From Bacteroidota bacterium (GTDB lineage Bacteria > Bacteroidota > Bacteroidia > AKYH767-A > 2013-40CM-41-45): a stretch of 64,000 nt of DNA. The stretch lies in the NCBI GenBank assembly GCA_026391975.1, contig JAPLDB010000110.1, forward strand, positions 3,535 to 67,534. Direction: 5' to 3'. This document shows, piece by piece, positions 27,990-39,456 of the stretch; the stretch's first letter is position 1, and the number at the start of each line of letters is the position of its first letter. Position numbers and translations under genes: made by a program. The notes beneath the pieces are model-generated. The model searched no databases and had not been told where the DNA came from. It was given only the letters and a program-made list of their open reading frames with translations.

Positions 27990-30035
27990 TTAATTCTGCG
28001 CAAGATTTTTTCCTTCACTCTTCCGTTTTTCGTAGCGGCATAAACCTTCATCGAGGTAAGAGAGGTACTTCTTTATGTCAGGCGTATAACCACGTGGCTT
28101 AGCCAGTTCCTTTCCTTTGTTGTCAAGGAGGATGTAATAAGGTTGGGAGTTTGTATTGTACACGCTTGCTTGCAAATCACTCCATTTATTACCGGTTGTA
28201 CGGATCTTCTTTCCTGTGGTAGTTGAAATAGACTGCTGTGATTCCGGAAGCGATTCCTTGTCATCAACGTACAATGAGATGAGAACATAATCACTACTCA
28301 GCCGCTTCAATACTTTTGGATCACTCCACACATTGTCTTCCATTTTGCGGCAGTTCACACAACTCCATCCTGTAAAGTCAACCAATACCGGTTTGCCTTG
28401 CGCCTTGGCATAACGCATCCCTTCGTCAAAGTCATGAAAGCAGGCAAGGTCATGAGGACATTCTCCTGCAGTTCCTGTTTTCCATTCTTTGTAAAACTCA
28501 GGAGGAGGAAAACCACTGATCAGTTTCAGCGGAGCGCCCCAAATGCCGGGCGTGAGGTACAATGCGAAAGAAAGAGACAGGATAGCAGAAAGTAACCTGC
28601 CTATTCCGATATGAGTTACTTCACTGTCATGATTGAAACGCAGCTTTCCCAATAAATAAAAACCCATCATTGCAAAAATAATGATCCACAATACAATGAA
28701 TACTTCCCTCTGTAAAATTCCCCAGTGATAAGCCAAATCAACATTACTGAGAAACTTCAGTGCCAGTGCCAGCTCCACAAAACCCAGGCAAACCTTAACT
28801 GTGTTCAGCCAACCGCCTGATTTAGGAAGTGAATTCAACCAGCCGGGGAACATGGCGAACAAAGCAAACGGTACTGCCAGTGCAAATGAAAATCCAAACA
28901 TGCCGGCAACCGGTCCGATGTAACTTCTGCCATGCGCCGCTTCTACCAGCAAGGTTCCGATGATCGGACCTGTGCAGGAAAAAGAGACGAGCGATAAAGT
29001 AAATGCCATGAAGAAAATTCCAATCAGTCCTCCCCTGTCGCTGGCCTGATCAGCTTTATTTACCAGTGAACTTGGTAATGTTATCTCGAAGGCGCCGAAA
29101 AATGAAATGGCGAAGATGATGAAGATAACAAAGAAGAGCATATTGAAGAACCCGTTACTGGCAAGGTCATTCAGGGCATCACTGCCAAATGAAACGGTAA
29201 CAAGCAATCCCAGCACGACATATATCACGATGATTGAAGATGCATATATCAATGCATTGACAATTCCTCTTTTTCTACTGCCGCTGCGTTTTGTAAAAAA
29301 ACTGACCGTCATCGGAATCATCGGGAAAACGCATGGCGTCAGCAATGCAAGCAATCCCCCAAGCATTCCTGCAAGAAAAATTCCCCAGAAAGATTTGTCT
29401 GTCGTTGTTCCCGAACCATCTTCAGAAATACCGCATCCCGGTTCAAGGTTATCACTGGTTGCAGATGCAGGGTAAACGATTGCCGATGATGTATCAACAG
29501 GAGCCTGTTCAGCTTTCACCGGAAGCGTATCCTGAACTACCGGTGTAATCTCTGACTTACCGCTCTCATCCTTTTTTTCCTCATGCTTTACAGTTCCGAT
29601 CTTAAATTCGAATGTAGTATCAAACATGATACAGGACTCTTTACATACCTGACCGAAGATGGTACCCTTGATTGAAAAACCGGATCCTTTGAGCTTGACT
29701 TTCTGCGTAAATGTCTGCTTGCCTTCAAATGTAATCACGTCAACTTTGAATGTCTCATCAAAAGAGCGGTGTCCTTTTGGTTCTTCTACTTTTCCAACCC
29801 GTTCGTAGTTGTTGTCTTTATCAAAAGTAAACTCCATAGGCAGCGGGCCTCCATCGGGAGTGAACTGTGAATAGATATGCCACTCCTCCTGGATATTCGC
29901 TTTGAATACCAATGTTGCTTCATCATTCCCCTTCTGCTCTACGCTGTACGTCCATTTTACCGGATTGAGCAATTGTGCACGTGAAAAATTGGCAAAGGAA
30001 AATATTGCCAGAAAGAGGATTAAGGATTTTCTCAT
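27990..30035 (-). CDS. dsbD: Thiol:disulfide interchange protein DsbD (protein-disulfide reductase). The ORF extends to 30089; MRKSLILF at 30035 is the preferred start.
   Basis: N-terminal DsbD-alpha domain, central cytochrome-c-biogenesis-type TM core (CVFPMIPMT), C-terminal thioredoxin domain with WSCVNCRKME. Confidence 0.8.
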   Translation of the reverse strand: MRKSLILFLAIFSFANFSRAQLLNPVKWTYSVEQKGNDEATLVFKANIQEEWHIYSQFTPDGGPLPMEFTFDKDNNYERVGKVEEPKGHRSFDETFKVDVITFEGKQTFTQKVKLKGSGFSIKGTIFGQVCKESCIMFDTTFEFKIGTVKHEEKKDESGKSEITPVVQDTLPVKAEQAPVDTSSAIVYPASATSDNLEPGCGISEDGSGTTTDKSFWGIFLAGMLGGLLALLTPCVFPMIPMTVSFFTKRSGSRKRGIVNALIYASSIIVIYVVLGLLVTVSFGSDALNDLASNGFFNMLFFVIFIIFAISFFGAFEITLPSSLVNKADQASDRGGLIGIFFMAFTLSLVSFSCTGPIIGTLLVEAAHGRSYIGPVAGMFGFSFALAVPFALFAMFPGWLNSLPKSGGWLNTVKVCLGFVELALALKFLSNVDLAYHWGILQREVFIVLWIIIFAMMGFYLLGKLRFNHDSEVTHIGIGRLLSAILSLSFALYLTPGIWGAPLKLISGFPPPEFYKEWKTGTAGECPHDLACFHDFDEGMRYAKAQGKPVLVDFTGWSCVNCRKMEDNVWSDPKVLKRLSSDYVLISLYVDDKESLPESQQSISTTTGKKIRTTGNKWSDLQASVYNTNSQPYYILLDNKGKELAKPRGYTPDIKKYLSYLDEGLCRYEKRKSEGKNLAQN

Positions 30036-30125
30036 CAAAATTATCCGGTGAAATAGTCTGCAAATTAAAGAAATTTCATGAAGAATCAATGCAATAATAG
30101 TCAGTTTAACGCATTTGTAACGTTT

Positions 30126-30893
30126 TCATTCAAACCACCCATACAATTCGGGAATGGTGAGTTTAATTTTGGATTGATATGCAAGGTCCCTGGTTACTTT
30201 TCCTCCTTCCATTGAAAGAATGCGGTCCCCGTATCTCAAGGCATCTTTTAATTGATGGGTTACAAATATTACCGTCAGATTAAATTCCTTAATGATCTTA
30301 TCTGCCAGTTCAAGGATCAATGCAGATGTCTTCGGATCAAGTGCCGCCGTAGGCTCATCCATCAATAGTATTTTTGCTTCTTCTTTTCCTGTATGCACCG
30401 GCATCACAGCCATAAGTAACGTCAATGCCTGTCTTTGTCCTCCCGATAAAGTTCCCATTGGCTGGTCAAGTTTGCTTTCAAGTCCCAATCCCAACATCGT
30501 GATTTTTTCCTTCACCAATTTTCTGAATGCCTCCCCTGTTCCAATCCTGAATTTCTTTTTTTCCATTCTTAAAGAAGCCAGCCGGAAATTTTCCAGCACT
30601 GAAAGTTCCGGCGATGTTCCCATCATAGGATTTTGAAAGATGCGTGCAATCCATTTGCTGCGTTCAAAATCGCTGACGTGCGTAATGTCTTTTCCATTGA
30701 TCATGATTTGTCCATCATCAGGTTTTGCTGTTCCTGCCAGTATATTGAGCAAAGTAGATTTGCCCGAGCCGTTGGAGCCTACAACAACAACAAAACTTTT
30801 TTCAGGGATTACAAGACTCACATCATCCAAAGCAACCACTGCATTCGGTGAACTTCTATTGTACGTCTTGCTGATATGCCTTAGTTCAATCAT
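30126..30893 (-). CDS. ABC transporter ATP-binding protein (BMP/uncharacterised ABC system)
   Basis: Walker A GSNGSGKST, signature LSGGQRQALTLLMA, Walker B LLMDEPTAALD. Confidence 0.8.
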   Translation of the reverse strand: MIELRHISKTYNRSSPNAVVALDDVSLVIPEKSFVVVVGSNGSGKSTLLNILAGTAKPDDGQIMINGKDITHVSDFERSKWIARIFQNPMMGTSPELSVLENFRLASLRMEKKKFRIGTGEAFRKLVKEKITMLGLGLESKLDQPMGTLSGGQRQALTLLMAVMPVHTGKEEAKILLMDEPTAALDPKTSALILELADKIIKEFNLTVIFVTHQLKDALRYGDRILSMEGGKVTRDLAYQSKIKLTIPELYGWFE

Positions 30894-31752
30894 TCGCTTT
30901 TTTCAGATTTGGAATACTTACAACTAACAAAACAAAAGCAGCGACTACAAGTTTCAGATAGAGTGGATCAATTCCGATGCTTAAAGCAAAAGCAAGTATG
31001 AGACGGAAAATGACGCTGCCTGCTATTACGGCAATGAGTTGCACGTAAATGCTTTTCACACTGAACGTCTTTGAAAATATTTCACCTATCATCACAGACC
31101 CCAATCCCAGTATGACAATTCCAATGCCCATGTTGATGTCTGCAAACCCTTGTATCTGCGTGATGAGAAAACCGCTCAATGCTGTCAGACCATTCGCAAG
31201 CCCAAGGCCGATTATTTTCATGCGGTTCGTATTGACACCTAAAGCACGTATCATACTTTCATTGTTTCCTGTTGCACGCATGGCCAGGCCAAAATCAGTT
31301 TTCAATACCCATCCCATCAACTGCCAAAGCAGAAGAACAAATAAAACCAACACAAATGCCTGTTGCGCAACTTCTCCGTGAATAAAATTCGCCAGAGAAA
31401 AAATTGTGGGGATGTCAATCAGAGGGATGTTTGACCTGCCCATCAATGCCAGATTCACGCTGTACAATGCCGTCATCACCAATATCCCGGCAAGCAGTGC
31501 ATTAACCTTTAGCCTGGTATGAATGAAGCCGGTCATCGCTCCTGCGATAGCACCTGATAAAAATGCAGCAACAAAAATAACGGGCATTGATACATGTTGT
31601 GACAGGAGCACTGCCGTTACTGCTCCGCCGAGGGTGAAACTTCCATCGGTGGTGATATCAGGAATATTGAAAATGCGCATGGAAATAAAAATGCCCAGCG
31701 CAAGCGATGCAAAACCCAATCCCAGTAAAACCGCAGTGAGGTAGAAGTTCAT
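30886..31752 (-). CDS. ABC transporter permease (BPD_transp_2 / BMP-family type)
   Basis: 288 aa, 8-9 TM segments. Overlaps the ATPase gene by 8 bp, consistent with an operon. Confidence 0.7.
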   Translation of the reverse strand: MNFYLTAVLLGLGFASLALGIFISMRIFNIPDITTDGSFTLGGAVTAVLLSQHVSMPVIFVAAFLSGAIAGAMTGFIHTRLKVNALLAGILVMTALYSVNLALMGRSNIPLIDIPTIFSLANFIHGEVAQQAFVLVLFVLLLWQLMGWVLKTDFGLAMRATGNNESMIRALGVNTNRMKIIGLGLANGLTALSGFLITQIQGFADINMGIGIVILGLGSVMIGEIFSKTFSVKSIYVQLIAVIAGSVIFRLILAFALSIGIDPLYLKLVVAAFVLLVVSIPNLKKAND

Positions 31753-31757
31753 TGCCT

Positions 31758-32720
31758 TTATTTTACACTTATATAGGTTGAGTCAAAAGTCAGTTTGAAC
31801 TCTTCAGCTTTCAGCGCATTAAAAACTTTTCTCCTCACCAAAACAGCCTCAGGCTGCAACCCTTCAGTTGATCTTGTCTTCAAAAAAGTCGCCGCCTGTG
31901 CCCCGCTCTGGTATCCCCATTGGTACATATCCGCCCCGAAAGCCGCTACAGCACCGCGTTTTACCAATCCTTCCTCGCTGGTGAAAACAGGAACTTTTGC
32001 ATCATCACAGCTTTTCACGATCACTTCCATACCGGCAAAAACGGTATTGTCGGGCAAAGCAAAAAAAGCATCTATTTTTTTTCTGAGCAATGCCTGAACT
32101 ACTAGCTGTGCTTCATTGCTGTTGTTCACCGGTAATTTTTCGAGTTGAAGTCCGAGCATACCACACACTTTTTCAATCCTGTTCATGGCATCCACGCTCT
32201 GCGGCTCCGACTGATTAAAAATGGTGCCGATTTTTTTTGCATTGGGCAATATGTTTCTGATAAGCATCACTGCCGTATCAATGTATTCCAGCGTTTCATA
32301 AGTCCCGAAGAGGTTTCTTGGAGGCCGCCCGAATTCATTGGTGAGCTTTGCAAGGTCAGGGCGCGGAGATACGGTCATAAAAATCGGAACCTCAGTGGTT
32401 CGTTTCACTGCAGTGATGGTTGCCAGCGTCGGACATGTGGCAATGAGATCAGGTTTTTGTGAAAGAAGATAATCACAGGCCTGTAAAAGCGTTGGTTGAT
32501 CACCTTGGGCATTGCGGTAAATGATCTGCATCGACTGGTTATTTTCCCTGAAACCACTATCACTGAGTGCCATAAAAAAACCCTTCTTTGCCTCTGCAAG
32601 CGTTTCATCCTGAAGCAAATCCAAAAAAGCAACCACAGGAATTTTTGATTCCTCCCTTTTTTGCGGGGCAGAATTACATGCGCCGACGACCAGCAGAATG
32701 GCAACACCAAGTTTTTTCAT
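31758..32720 (-). CDS. ABC transporter substrate-binding lipoprotein (ABC_sub_bind / BMP family)
   Basis: Lipobox MKKLGVAILLVVGACNSAP and a periplasmic-binding-protein fold. It is the first gene of the three-gene transporter operon. Confidence 0.65.
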   Translation of the reverse strand: MKKLGVAILLVVGACNSAPQKREESKIPVVAFLDLLQDETLAEAKKGFFMALSDSGFRENNQSMQIIYRNAQGDQPTLLQACDYLLSQKPDLIATCPTLATITAVKRTTEVPIFMTVSPRPDLAKLTNEFGRPPRNLFGTYETLEYIDTAVMLIRNILPNAKKIGTIFNQSEPQSVDAMNRIEKVCGMLGLQLEKLPVNNSNEAQLVVQALLRKKIDAFFALPDNTVFAGMEVIVKSCDDAKVPVFTSEEGLVKRGAVAAFGADMYQWGYQSGAQAATFLKTRSTEGLQPEAVLVRRKVFNALKAEEFKLTFDSTYISVK

Positions 32721-32930
32721 GAAAGTATTTTGCCGGCAAGATACAGCATTGAAACAAAGTGTTTAGCCAAATAAACAGCCGGAAATAGCAGACATATTTT
32801 TTGAAAAGTGTTGCATTTTGGACAAGGAAACCCGCTCGTAATAAAACAACTAAATTGGTGAGAATTCCCCACATAATTGATGCTGAAAACTGTCAATGAT
32901 TTTCTATCTTCGCGTTCTTTTTATAGAAAT

Positions 32931-34076
32931 ATGGGAAAAATTCAAATGGTTGACCTGATCGGTCAGTATTCGAAAATTCAGGCTGAAATCGACAAGGCTA
33001 TAATGGATGTAGTACGGTCTTCGGCTTACATCAACGGACCTGAAGTTAAGTCATTCCAGGCCGAGCTTGAGAATTACCTTGGCGTGAAGCATGTGATTCC
33101 CTGTGCCAACGGAACCGATGCCCTCCAGATCGCAATGATGGCCTTGGGTTTGAAGCCGGGTGATGAAGTGATCACAGCGAGTTTTACATATGTTGCAACG
33201 GCAGAAGTAATTGCATTGCTGCAACTCAAACCTGTTCTGGTTGATGTCCTTCCTGATACTTTTTTGATTGATCCGAAAGCCGTTGAACGCGCCATCACGC
33301 CGAAAACAAAGGCCATTGTGCCTGTTCATCTCTTCGGACATTGTGCTGATATGGATGCCCTGATGGACATTGCAAAACGCAACAACCTTTATGTAATTGA
33401 AGATACTGCTCAGGCTATTGGCTCCAACTACAATCTGAAAAACGGAACCAAACAGAAAGCCGGAACCATCGGAACAATCGGATGCACTTCCTTCTTCCCG
33501 TCCAAAAATCTTGGTTGTTATGGTGATGGCGGCGCCATTTTTACCAATGATGATGAACTGGCAAAGAAAATGCGAATGATCGCCAACCACGGACAAAGCA
33601 CGCTTTACTATCATGACGAGATCGGTGTGAATTCCCGCCTCGACAGCATTCAGGCGGCTATCCTAAGGATCAAACTCAGGCACCTGGATGAGTATGCTGC
33701 TGCCCGCAGAGCCGTTGCCGATTATTATGACAAAGCATTTGCAGGAAACAACAATATCACCACGCCTGCACGCACAAAAAACTCTGACCATGTATTTCAT
33801 CAGTATACCCTTTTAATAAAAAATGCTGACAGGAATAAAGTGCGTGAACAACTTGCAGCTAAAGAAATCCCTTCTATGATCTACTATCCCGTGCCTCTGC
33901 ATATGCAAAAAGCATATCGCGATGACCGGTACAAGCCGGGAGATTTTCCTGTTACAGAACAACTTTGCGCACATGTGCTGTCATTGCCAATACATACTGA
34001 GATGAAAGAAGAAACGCTGAAGTACATTACCGATGCCGTTCTTGAAATTTTGAAACCTGAAGTTGCTGCTGTCTAA
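32931..34076 (+). CDS. DegT/DnrJ/EryC1/StrS-family sugar aminotransferase (WbpE-like, acting on UDP-3-keto sugar). The ORF starts at 32877.
   Basis: PLP fold with ..SFFPSKNLGCYGDGGAI.. and a DegT-family N-terminus (..DLIGQY..). Confidence 0.8.
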   Translation: MGKIQMVDLIGQYSKIQAEIDKAIMDVVRSSAYINGPEVKSFQAELENYLGVKHVIPCANGTDALQIAMMALGLKPGDEVITASFTYVATAEVIALLQLKPVLVDVLPDTFLIDPKAVERAITPKTKAIVPVHLFGHCADMDALMDIAKRNNLYVIEDTAQAIGSNYNLKNGTKQKAGTIGTIGCTSFFPSKNLGCYGDGGAIFTNDDELAKKMRMIANHGQSTLYYHDEIGVNSRLDSIQAAILRIKLRHLDEYAAARRAVADYYDKAFAGNNNITTPARTKNSDHVFHQYTLLIKNADRNKVREQLAAKEIPSMIYYPVPLHMQKAYRDDRYKPGDFPVTEQLCAHVLSLPIHTEMKEETLKYITDAVLEILKPEVAAV

Positions 34077-34094
34077 TCAGCCGAAAAGTATTTT

Positions 34095-35414
34095 ATGAAA
34101 ATAGCAGTCGTTGGAACAGGATATGTTGGTCTGGTTACCGGTACCTGTTTTGCTGAAACAGGAAACCATGTTACCTGCGTAGATATCAATGAAGCCAAGG
34201 TGGCTCAGCTAAAGAAAGGTGAAGTTCCTATTTATGAACCCCATCTTGACTTGCTTTTTGATCGTAACATCAAACAGGGAAGGCTGACATTTACAACCAA
34301 TCTTGCCGAAGGAATTGCAGATGCCAAAATCATTTTTCTCGCCCTGCCAACGCCGCCGGGAGAAGACGGTTCTGCTGACCTAAAATATATTTTAAAGGTC
34401 GCTGAAGAACTTGGCCATCTCATCACAGACTATAAAATAGTCATTAATAAAAGTACCGTTCCTGTTGGCACAGCAGAAAAAGTACGTGACATGATCTCCA
34501 AAAACTGCAAAGCAGAATTTGACGTGGTCAGTAATCCCGAATTTTTGCGTGAAGGATTTGCAGTAGATGATTTCATGAAACCCGACCGCGTGGTGATCGG
34601 CACATCTTCCGAACGCGCGAAGAAACTGTTGAATGAATTGTATGCACCGTTTGTCCGCTCCGGAAACCCAATCTATTTCATGGATGAACGTTCCAGCGAA
34701 CTCACAAAGTATGCTGCCAACTCATTTCTGGCAATGAAAATTACTTTCATGAATGAGATCGCCAATCTCTGCGAACGCACCGGAGCAAATGTTGACAGCG
34801 TTAGAATTGGTATCGGCTCTGACGCCCGCATCGGCAAAAGGTTTCTCTTTGCCGGAATAGGATATGGCGGTAGTTGCTTCCCTAAAGACGTACAGGCGCT
34901 TGTAAAAACTTCTTCCGATTACAAATACGATTTCTCCACATTGAAGAGTGTGATGGGCGTCAACGATAAACAAAAGCACATCATCGTGGAGAAGCTGAAA
35001 GATTATTTCAAAGGAAACCTTTCCGGAAAAAAAATTGCATTGTGGGGTCTTGCATTCAAACCAGATACAGATGACATCCGCGAAGCGCCTGCATTGAATA
35101 TTATCGATGACCTTATAAGTGCCGGCGCATCCGTTTCTGCATTTGATCCTGAGGCAATGAAAAATGTAAAACAACTGATCGGGGAGAAAATACAATATGG
35201 CACCAATGAATATTCAATATTGAAAGATGCTGATGCCCTCATTATAGCAACTGAGTGGAGCTTGTTCCGCACACCGGAATTTGAAAAAATGAAATCGCTG
35301 ATGAAACAGCCGGTAATTTTTGATGGCAGAAATCTCTATGATCTGAAACAAATGGAAGAGCTTGGATTTTATTACAATAGTATCGGACGGGCAGTTGTGA
35401 ATTTAAAAGGATAA
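34095..35414 (+). CDS. ugd: UDP-glucose 6-dehydrogenase
   Basis: [21 protein letters not shown].. Rossmann start, catalytic GGSCFPKD motif, 439 aa. Confidence 0.85.
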   Translation: MKIAVVGTGYVGLVTGTCFAETGNHVTCVDINEAKVAQLKKGEVPIYEPHLDLLFDRNIKQGRLTFTTNLAEGIADAKIIFLALPTPPGEDGSADLKYILKVAEELGHLITDYKIVINKSTVPVGTAEKVRDMISKNCKAEFDVVSNPEFLREGFAVDDFMKPDRVVIGTSSERAKKLLNELYAPFVRSGNPIYFMDERSSELTKYAANSFLAMKITFMNEIANLCERTGANVDSVRIGIGSDARIGKRFLFAGIGYGGSCFPKDVQALVKTSSDYKYDFSTLKSVMGVNDKQKHIIVEKLKDYFKGNLSGKKIALWGLAFKPDTDDIREAPALNIIDDLISAGASVSAFDPEAMKNVKQLIGEKIQYGTNEYSILKDADALIIATEWSLFRTPEFEKMKSLMKQPVIFDGRNLYDLKQMEELGFYYNSIGRAVVNLKG

Positions 35415-35431
35415 TTCTAAAACAAAAAATT

Positions 35432-36394
35432 GTGAAACGAATTTTAATAACCGGTGCCGCCGGATTTCTCGGTTCAAATCTTTGCGACAGATTTATCAGC
35501 GCCGGATACCACGTGATAGGAATGGACAACCTGATCACGGGCTCTATGAAGAACATCGAACATTTATTCAAGCTGAAAGAATTTGAATTCTACCATCATG
35601 ATGTTTCGAAATTTGTAAGCGTGCCCGGTCCGCTTGACTACATCCTCCACTTTGCTTCTCCTGCAAGTCCGATCGATTATCTGAAAATTCCGATCCCAAC
35701 ACTAAAGGTGGGTTCTCTTGGAACACACAATCTCCTTGGTTTGGCAGTGGCAAAGAAATCACGTATTCTCGTTGCCTCTACAAGCGAAGTATATGGCGAT
35801 CCACAAGTACATCCGCAAAACGAAGACTACTGGGGAAACGTAAATCCCGTTGGCCCACGTGGTGTGTATGATGAAGCAAAAAGATTTCAGGAAGCAATGA
35901 CCATGGCCTACCACAATGTACATCTCATCGAAACACGGATCATCAGAATATTCAATACCTATGGACCTCGCATGCGGCTGAATGACGGGCGTGCATTGCC
36001 GGCATTCATCGGACAAGCGCTGCGCGGAGAAGATCTCACTGTTTTCGGCGATGGAAGCCAGACACGTTCTTTCTGTTATGTTGATGATCTCGTCGAAGGA
36101 ATTTACAGACTGCTCCTGAGTGATTACTTTATGCCAATGAATATCGGCAACCCTGATGAGATAACCATCAAAGAATTTGCAGAAGAAATTATCAAGTTAA
36201 CAGGCACCAGTCAGAAGATAGTCTACAAACCATTACCTCAGGATGATCCAAAGCAACGGCAACCGGATATCACCAGGGCAAAAAAGATCCTGGGGTGGGA
36301 ACCCAAAGTTTCCCGCGAAGAAGGTTTGAAAAAGACACTGGAATATTTCAAGAGTTTACCGAAAGACGAATTGTATAAATCAACGCACCTCTGA
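35432..36394 (+). CDS. UDP-glucuronate decarboxylase (UDP-xylose synthase), SDR family
   Basis: [18 protein letters not shown].., catalytic YDEAKR, 320 aa UXS-like. Confidence 0.8.
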   Translation: MKRILITGAAGFLGSNLCDRFISAGYHVIGMDNLITGSMKNIEHLFKLKEFEFYHHDVSKFVSVPGPLDYILHFASPASPIDYLKIPIPTLKVGSLGTHNLLGLAVAKKSRILVASTSEVYGDPQVHPQNEDYWGNVNPVGPRGVYDEAKRFQEAMTMAYHNVHLIETRIIRIFNTYGPRMRLNDGRALPAFIGQALRGEDLTVFGDGSQTRSFCYVDDLVEGIYRLLLSDYFMPMNIGNPDEITIKEFAEEIIKLTGTSQKIVYKPLPQDDPKQRQPDITRAKKILGWEPKVSREEGLKKTLEYFKSLPKDELYKSTHL

Positions 36395-36396
36395 TT

Positions 36397-36981
36397 ATGG
36401 AAAACGAAAAAGGATTTTCTGCAGACAAGACTGCCGTTATAGACGAAGGCTGTAAGATCGGCAAAGGCACCAAGGTTTGGCATTTCACTCACATCATGAG
36501 CGATGCAGAACTCGGTGAAAATTGCAACATAGGGCAAAATTGTGTGATCTCTCCAAATGTAATACTTGGCAAGAATGTTAAAGTTCAGAATAACGTTAGC
36601 ATTTACACCGGCGTTATCTGTGAAGACGATGTTTTTCTCGGACCATCAATGGTATTCACCAACATCAACAACCCGCGAAGTGCCGTTATCCGGAAAGGCC
36701 AATACCTGAAAACACTTGTAAAACGCGGAGCAACTATTGGCGCCAATGCAACAGTTGTTTGCGGACATACCATCGGTGAATATGCTTTCATCGGCGCCGG
36801 AGCGGTGGTTACCAAAGACGTTCCTCCTTTTGCTTTGCTGGTTGGCAATCCTGCCAGACAAACAGGATGGATGAGCGAATATGGCCACCGCCTGAAGTTT
36901 GATGCAAACGGAATTGCAATATGCCCTGAAAGCAAACAAGAATATAAGCTGGAAGGCAAAAAAGTTACAAGGATCAAATAA
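36397..36981 (+). CDS. Left-handed beta-helix sugar N-acetyltransferase (WbpD-like UDP-2-acetamido-3-amino-2,3-dideoxyglucuronate N-acetyltransferase)
   Basis: Hexapeptide repeats. 194 aa. Lies between DegT- and WbpB-type genes. Confidence 0.7.
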   Translation: MENEKGFSADKTAVIDEGCKIGKGTKVWHFTHIMSDAELGENCNIGQNCVISPNVILGKNVKVQNNVSIYTGVICEDDVFLGPSMVFTNINNPRSAVIRKGQYLKTLVKRGATIGANATVVCGHTIGEYAFIGAGAVVTKDVPPFALLVGNPARQTGWMSEYGHRLKFDANGIAICPESKQEYKLEGKKVTRIK

Positions 36982-36995
36982 AGGAGATAAAAAAA

Positions 36996-38036
36996 GTGGC
37001 TGAATCGCAGGATAAAATAATTAAGATGGCTGTGGTTGGAGCAGGTCATATCGGCAAGAGACATGCTGAAATGATCCGCAGAAATCCGGAAGCACAACTG
37101 GTGGCTATTTGTGACATCAGGCCGAAAGAATTACTCGGACTGGAAGACGATGTTCCGTTCTTTTCATCTATTGATGAGATGCTTGCTTCAGGCATTGAAA
37201 TCGATGTGGTAAATATCTGCACACCGAATGGATTGCATGCAGAACATGCGCTGAAAGCCCTTGAACATAAAAAACACGTCGTCGTTGAAAAGCCGATGGC
37301 ACTGAAGGTTGCCGACTGCGAGAAAATTATCTTTAAAGCACTGCAGGCATCACGCCATGTTTTTTGTGTAATGCAGAACAGGTACTCTCCTCCATCTGCA
37401 TGGATAAAAGAAGTCATTGAAAAAAAACTGCTCGGAAAAATATTCATGGTTCAGCTGAACTGCTACTGGAACCGCGACGAAAGATATTACAACGGAAAAA
37501 ACTGGAAAGGCAGTGCCGACCTCGATGGTGGTACATTGTTCACACAATTTTCCCATTTCATTGATATCATGTACTGGCTGTTTGGTGACATCAATGACCT
37601 GCAGGGAAAATTTGCAGACTTCAACCATCATGCACTAACGACCTTCGAAGATTCAGGATTTGTTTCATTCAATTTTACAAACGGAGGAATGGGAAGCCTG
37701 AATTATTCAACCTCTGTCTGCGATAAAAACCTTGAAAGCAGCATTACCATCATCGGGGAAAACGGCAGCGTAAAGATCGGCGGACAATACATGAATGATG
37801 TGGAGTATTGCCATATCAGAAACTACACGATGCCACAACTTGCTGAATCAAGTCCGGCAAATGATTACGGAGGATACAAGGGCTCCGCAGCCAATCACCA
37901 CTTTGTAATGGAGAATGTGATCGATACGCTGAAAGGAAGAACCAGTGCCACTACGAATGCGATGGAAGGAATGAAGGTGGTGGATATTATTGAACGGATA
38001 TATGCGATGAGGGATTTGGGGGAAATCAAAAGTTAG
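36996..38036 (+). CDS. Gfo/Idh/MocA-family oxidoreductase (WbpB-like UDP-GlcNAcA 3-dehydrogenase)
   Basis: N-terminal Rossmann MAVVGAGHIGKRHAEMI.. and C-terminal GFO_IDH_MocA domain. Confidence 0.7.
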   Translation: MAESQDKIIKMAVVGAGHIGKRHAEMIRRNPEAQLVAICDIRPKELLGLEDDVPFFSSIDEMLASGIEIDVVNICTPNGLHAEHALKALEHKKHVVVEKPMALKVADCEKIIFKALQASRHVFCVMQNRYSPPSAWIKEVIEKKLLGKIFMVQLNCYWNRDERYYNGKNWKGSADLDGGTLFTQFSHFIDIMYWLFGDINDLQGKFADFNHHALTTFEDSGFVSFNFTNGGMGSLNYSTSVCDKNLESSITIIGENGSVKIGGQYMNDVEYCHIRNYTMPQLAESSPANDYGGYKGSAANHHFVMENVIDTLKGRTSATTNAMEGMKVVDIIERIYAMRDLGEIKS

Positions 38037-38123
38037 AAGTCACAAGTTAAAAGGCAAAAGTCATAAGTCATAAGTCATAAGTCATAAGTCAAAAGTTAAA
38101 AGTTATAAGTAATAAGTTAAAAG
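38027..38123. repeat. Heptamer microsatellite (AGTTAGA / AGTCATA x4 / AGTTAAA) starting inside the last codons of the oxidoreductase gene and filling the gap to the next gene
   Basis: caaaagttagaagtcacaagttaaaaggcaaaagtcataagtcataagtcataagtcataagtcaaaagttaaaagttataagtaataagttaaaag. The gene's TAG stop is part of the first unit. Confidence 0.8.
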
Positions 38124-38166
38124 CCTGCCCGAATCACGAAGTGAGGCGGGTTAAAAGATTAGGAAT

Positions 38167-39456
38167 ATGTATCAGGAATTAATAGACAAGAAAAGCAAAC
38201 TCGCAGTATTGGGATTGGGTTATGTAGGACTGCCCATTGCACTGGAATTTGCAAAGAATATAAAGGTGATCGGATTTGACATCAGTGAGCCGCGCATTCA
38301 GAAGATGCAGAACAAGATTGATCCGAGCGGAGAACTCTTGCCTGAGGCATTTGAAGGGTGCGATATTGAATTTAGCTCGGATAAGGAAAAGCTTCGTGAA
38401 GCAAATTTTTACATCGTTACTGTCCCTACACCCATCGACGAACACAACCTCCCCGACCTGAAACCCATCCTCGGCGCAACACGCTTCATCGGCAGTGTTT
38501 TGAAAAAAGGCGACTACATTGTTTATGAGTCTACAGTTTATCCGGGATGTACGGAAGAAGACTGCATACCCGTTCTTGAAGAGTTGTCAGGTTTGAAATT
38601 TATCAAAGACTTTAAAGTGGGCTATTCACCTGAGCGTATCAATCCCGGAGACCATGAGCATACCATTTCAAAAATATTAAAAGTGGTTTCAGGGTGTGAC
38701 GAAGATTCATTGAATCAGATCGCGCAGACGTATGAGATCATCGTTAAAGCAGGCGTTCACAAAGCACAATCGATTAAGGTAGCAGAAGCTGCAAAGATCA
38801 TTGAGAACACGCAACGCGATGTGAACATTGCATTGATGAATGAGTTGTCCATCATTTTTAACAAGATGGGGATCAATACTTACGATGTACTTGCCGCCGC
38901 CGGAACAAAATGGAATTTCATGCGCTTCCAGCCCGGACTTGTAGGCGGACATTGCATTGGCGTGGATCCATACTACCTTACCTACAAAGCGCAGGAACTC
39001 GGCTACCACGCACAGGTGATCAACAGCGGGCGTTATGTGAACGACAGCATGGGATTTTATGTGGCCAAACAGACCGTAAAAAAAATGGTGGCTGTGGGAA
39101 AAGATCTTTCCAAGGCAAAAGTATTGGTGATGGGTGCTACGTTTAAAGAGAATGTAGAAGACATCCGCAATTCAAAAGTAGCCGATGTGGTGAAGGAACT
39201 TCTATCTTACGGAGTAAACGTAGAAGTTACCGATCCGAAAGCTGACAGCGCCGAACTCAAGCATGAATATGGATTTGAACTGGTTTCAGAAATTGGAAAA
39301 AATTATGATGCAGTGATCGTGGCAGTGAACCACAATGAATTTACCGGATATGATGAAGCATACTTTAAATCCATTACAAGCAAGGACGCACTGATCGTTG
39401 ACCTGAAAGGGATTTATAAGGGGAAGTTTAAGGATATTGCTTATTGGAGTTTGTAG
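38167..39456 (+). CDS. UDP-N-acetyl-D-glucosamine/mannosamine 6-dehydrogenase (WbpA/WecC/TviB family nucleotide-sugar dehydrogenase)
   Basis: KLAVLGLGYVGLPIALEFAK.., catalytic GGHCIGVDPYY, 429 aa. Confidence 0.8.
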   Translation: MYQELIDKKSKLAVLGLGYVGLPIALEFAKNIKVIGFDISEPRIQKMQNKIDPSGELLPEAFEGCDIEFSSDKEKLREANFYIVTVPTPIDEHNLPDLKPILGATRFIGSVLKKGDYIVYESTVYPGCTEEDCIPVLEELSGLKFIKDFKVGYSPERINPGDHEHTISKILKVVSGCDEDSLNQIAQTYEIIVKAGVHKAQSIKVAEAAKIIENTQRDVNIALMNELSIIFNKMGINTYDVLAAAGTKWNFMRFQPGLVGGHCIGVDPYYLTYKAQELGYHAQVINSGRYVNDSMGFYVAKQTVKKMVAVGKDLSKAKVLVMGATFKENVEDIRNSKVADVVKELLSYGVNVEVTDPKADSAELKHEYGFELVSEIGKNYDAVIVAVNHNEFTGYDEAYFKSITSKDALIVDLKGIYKGKFKDIAYWSL

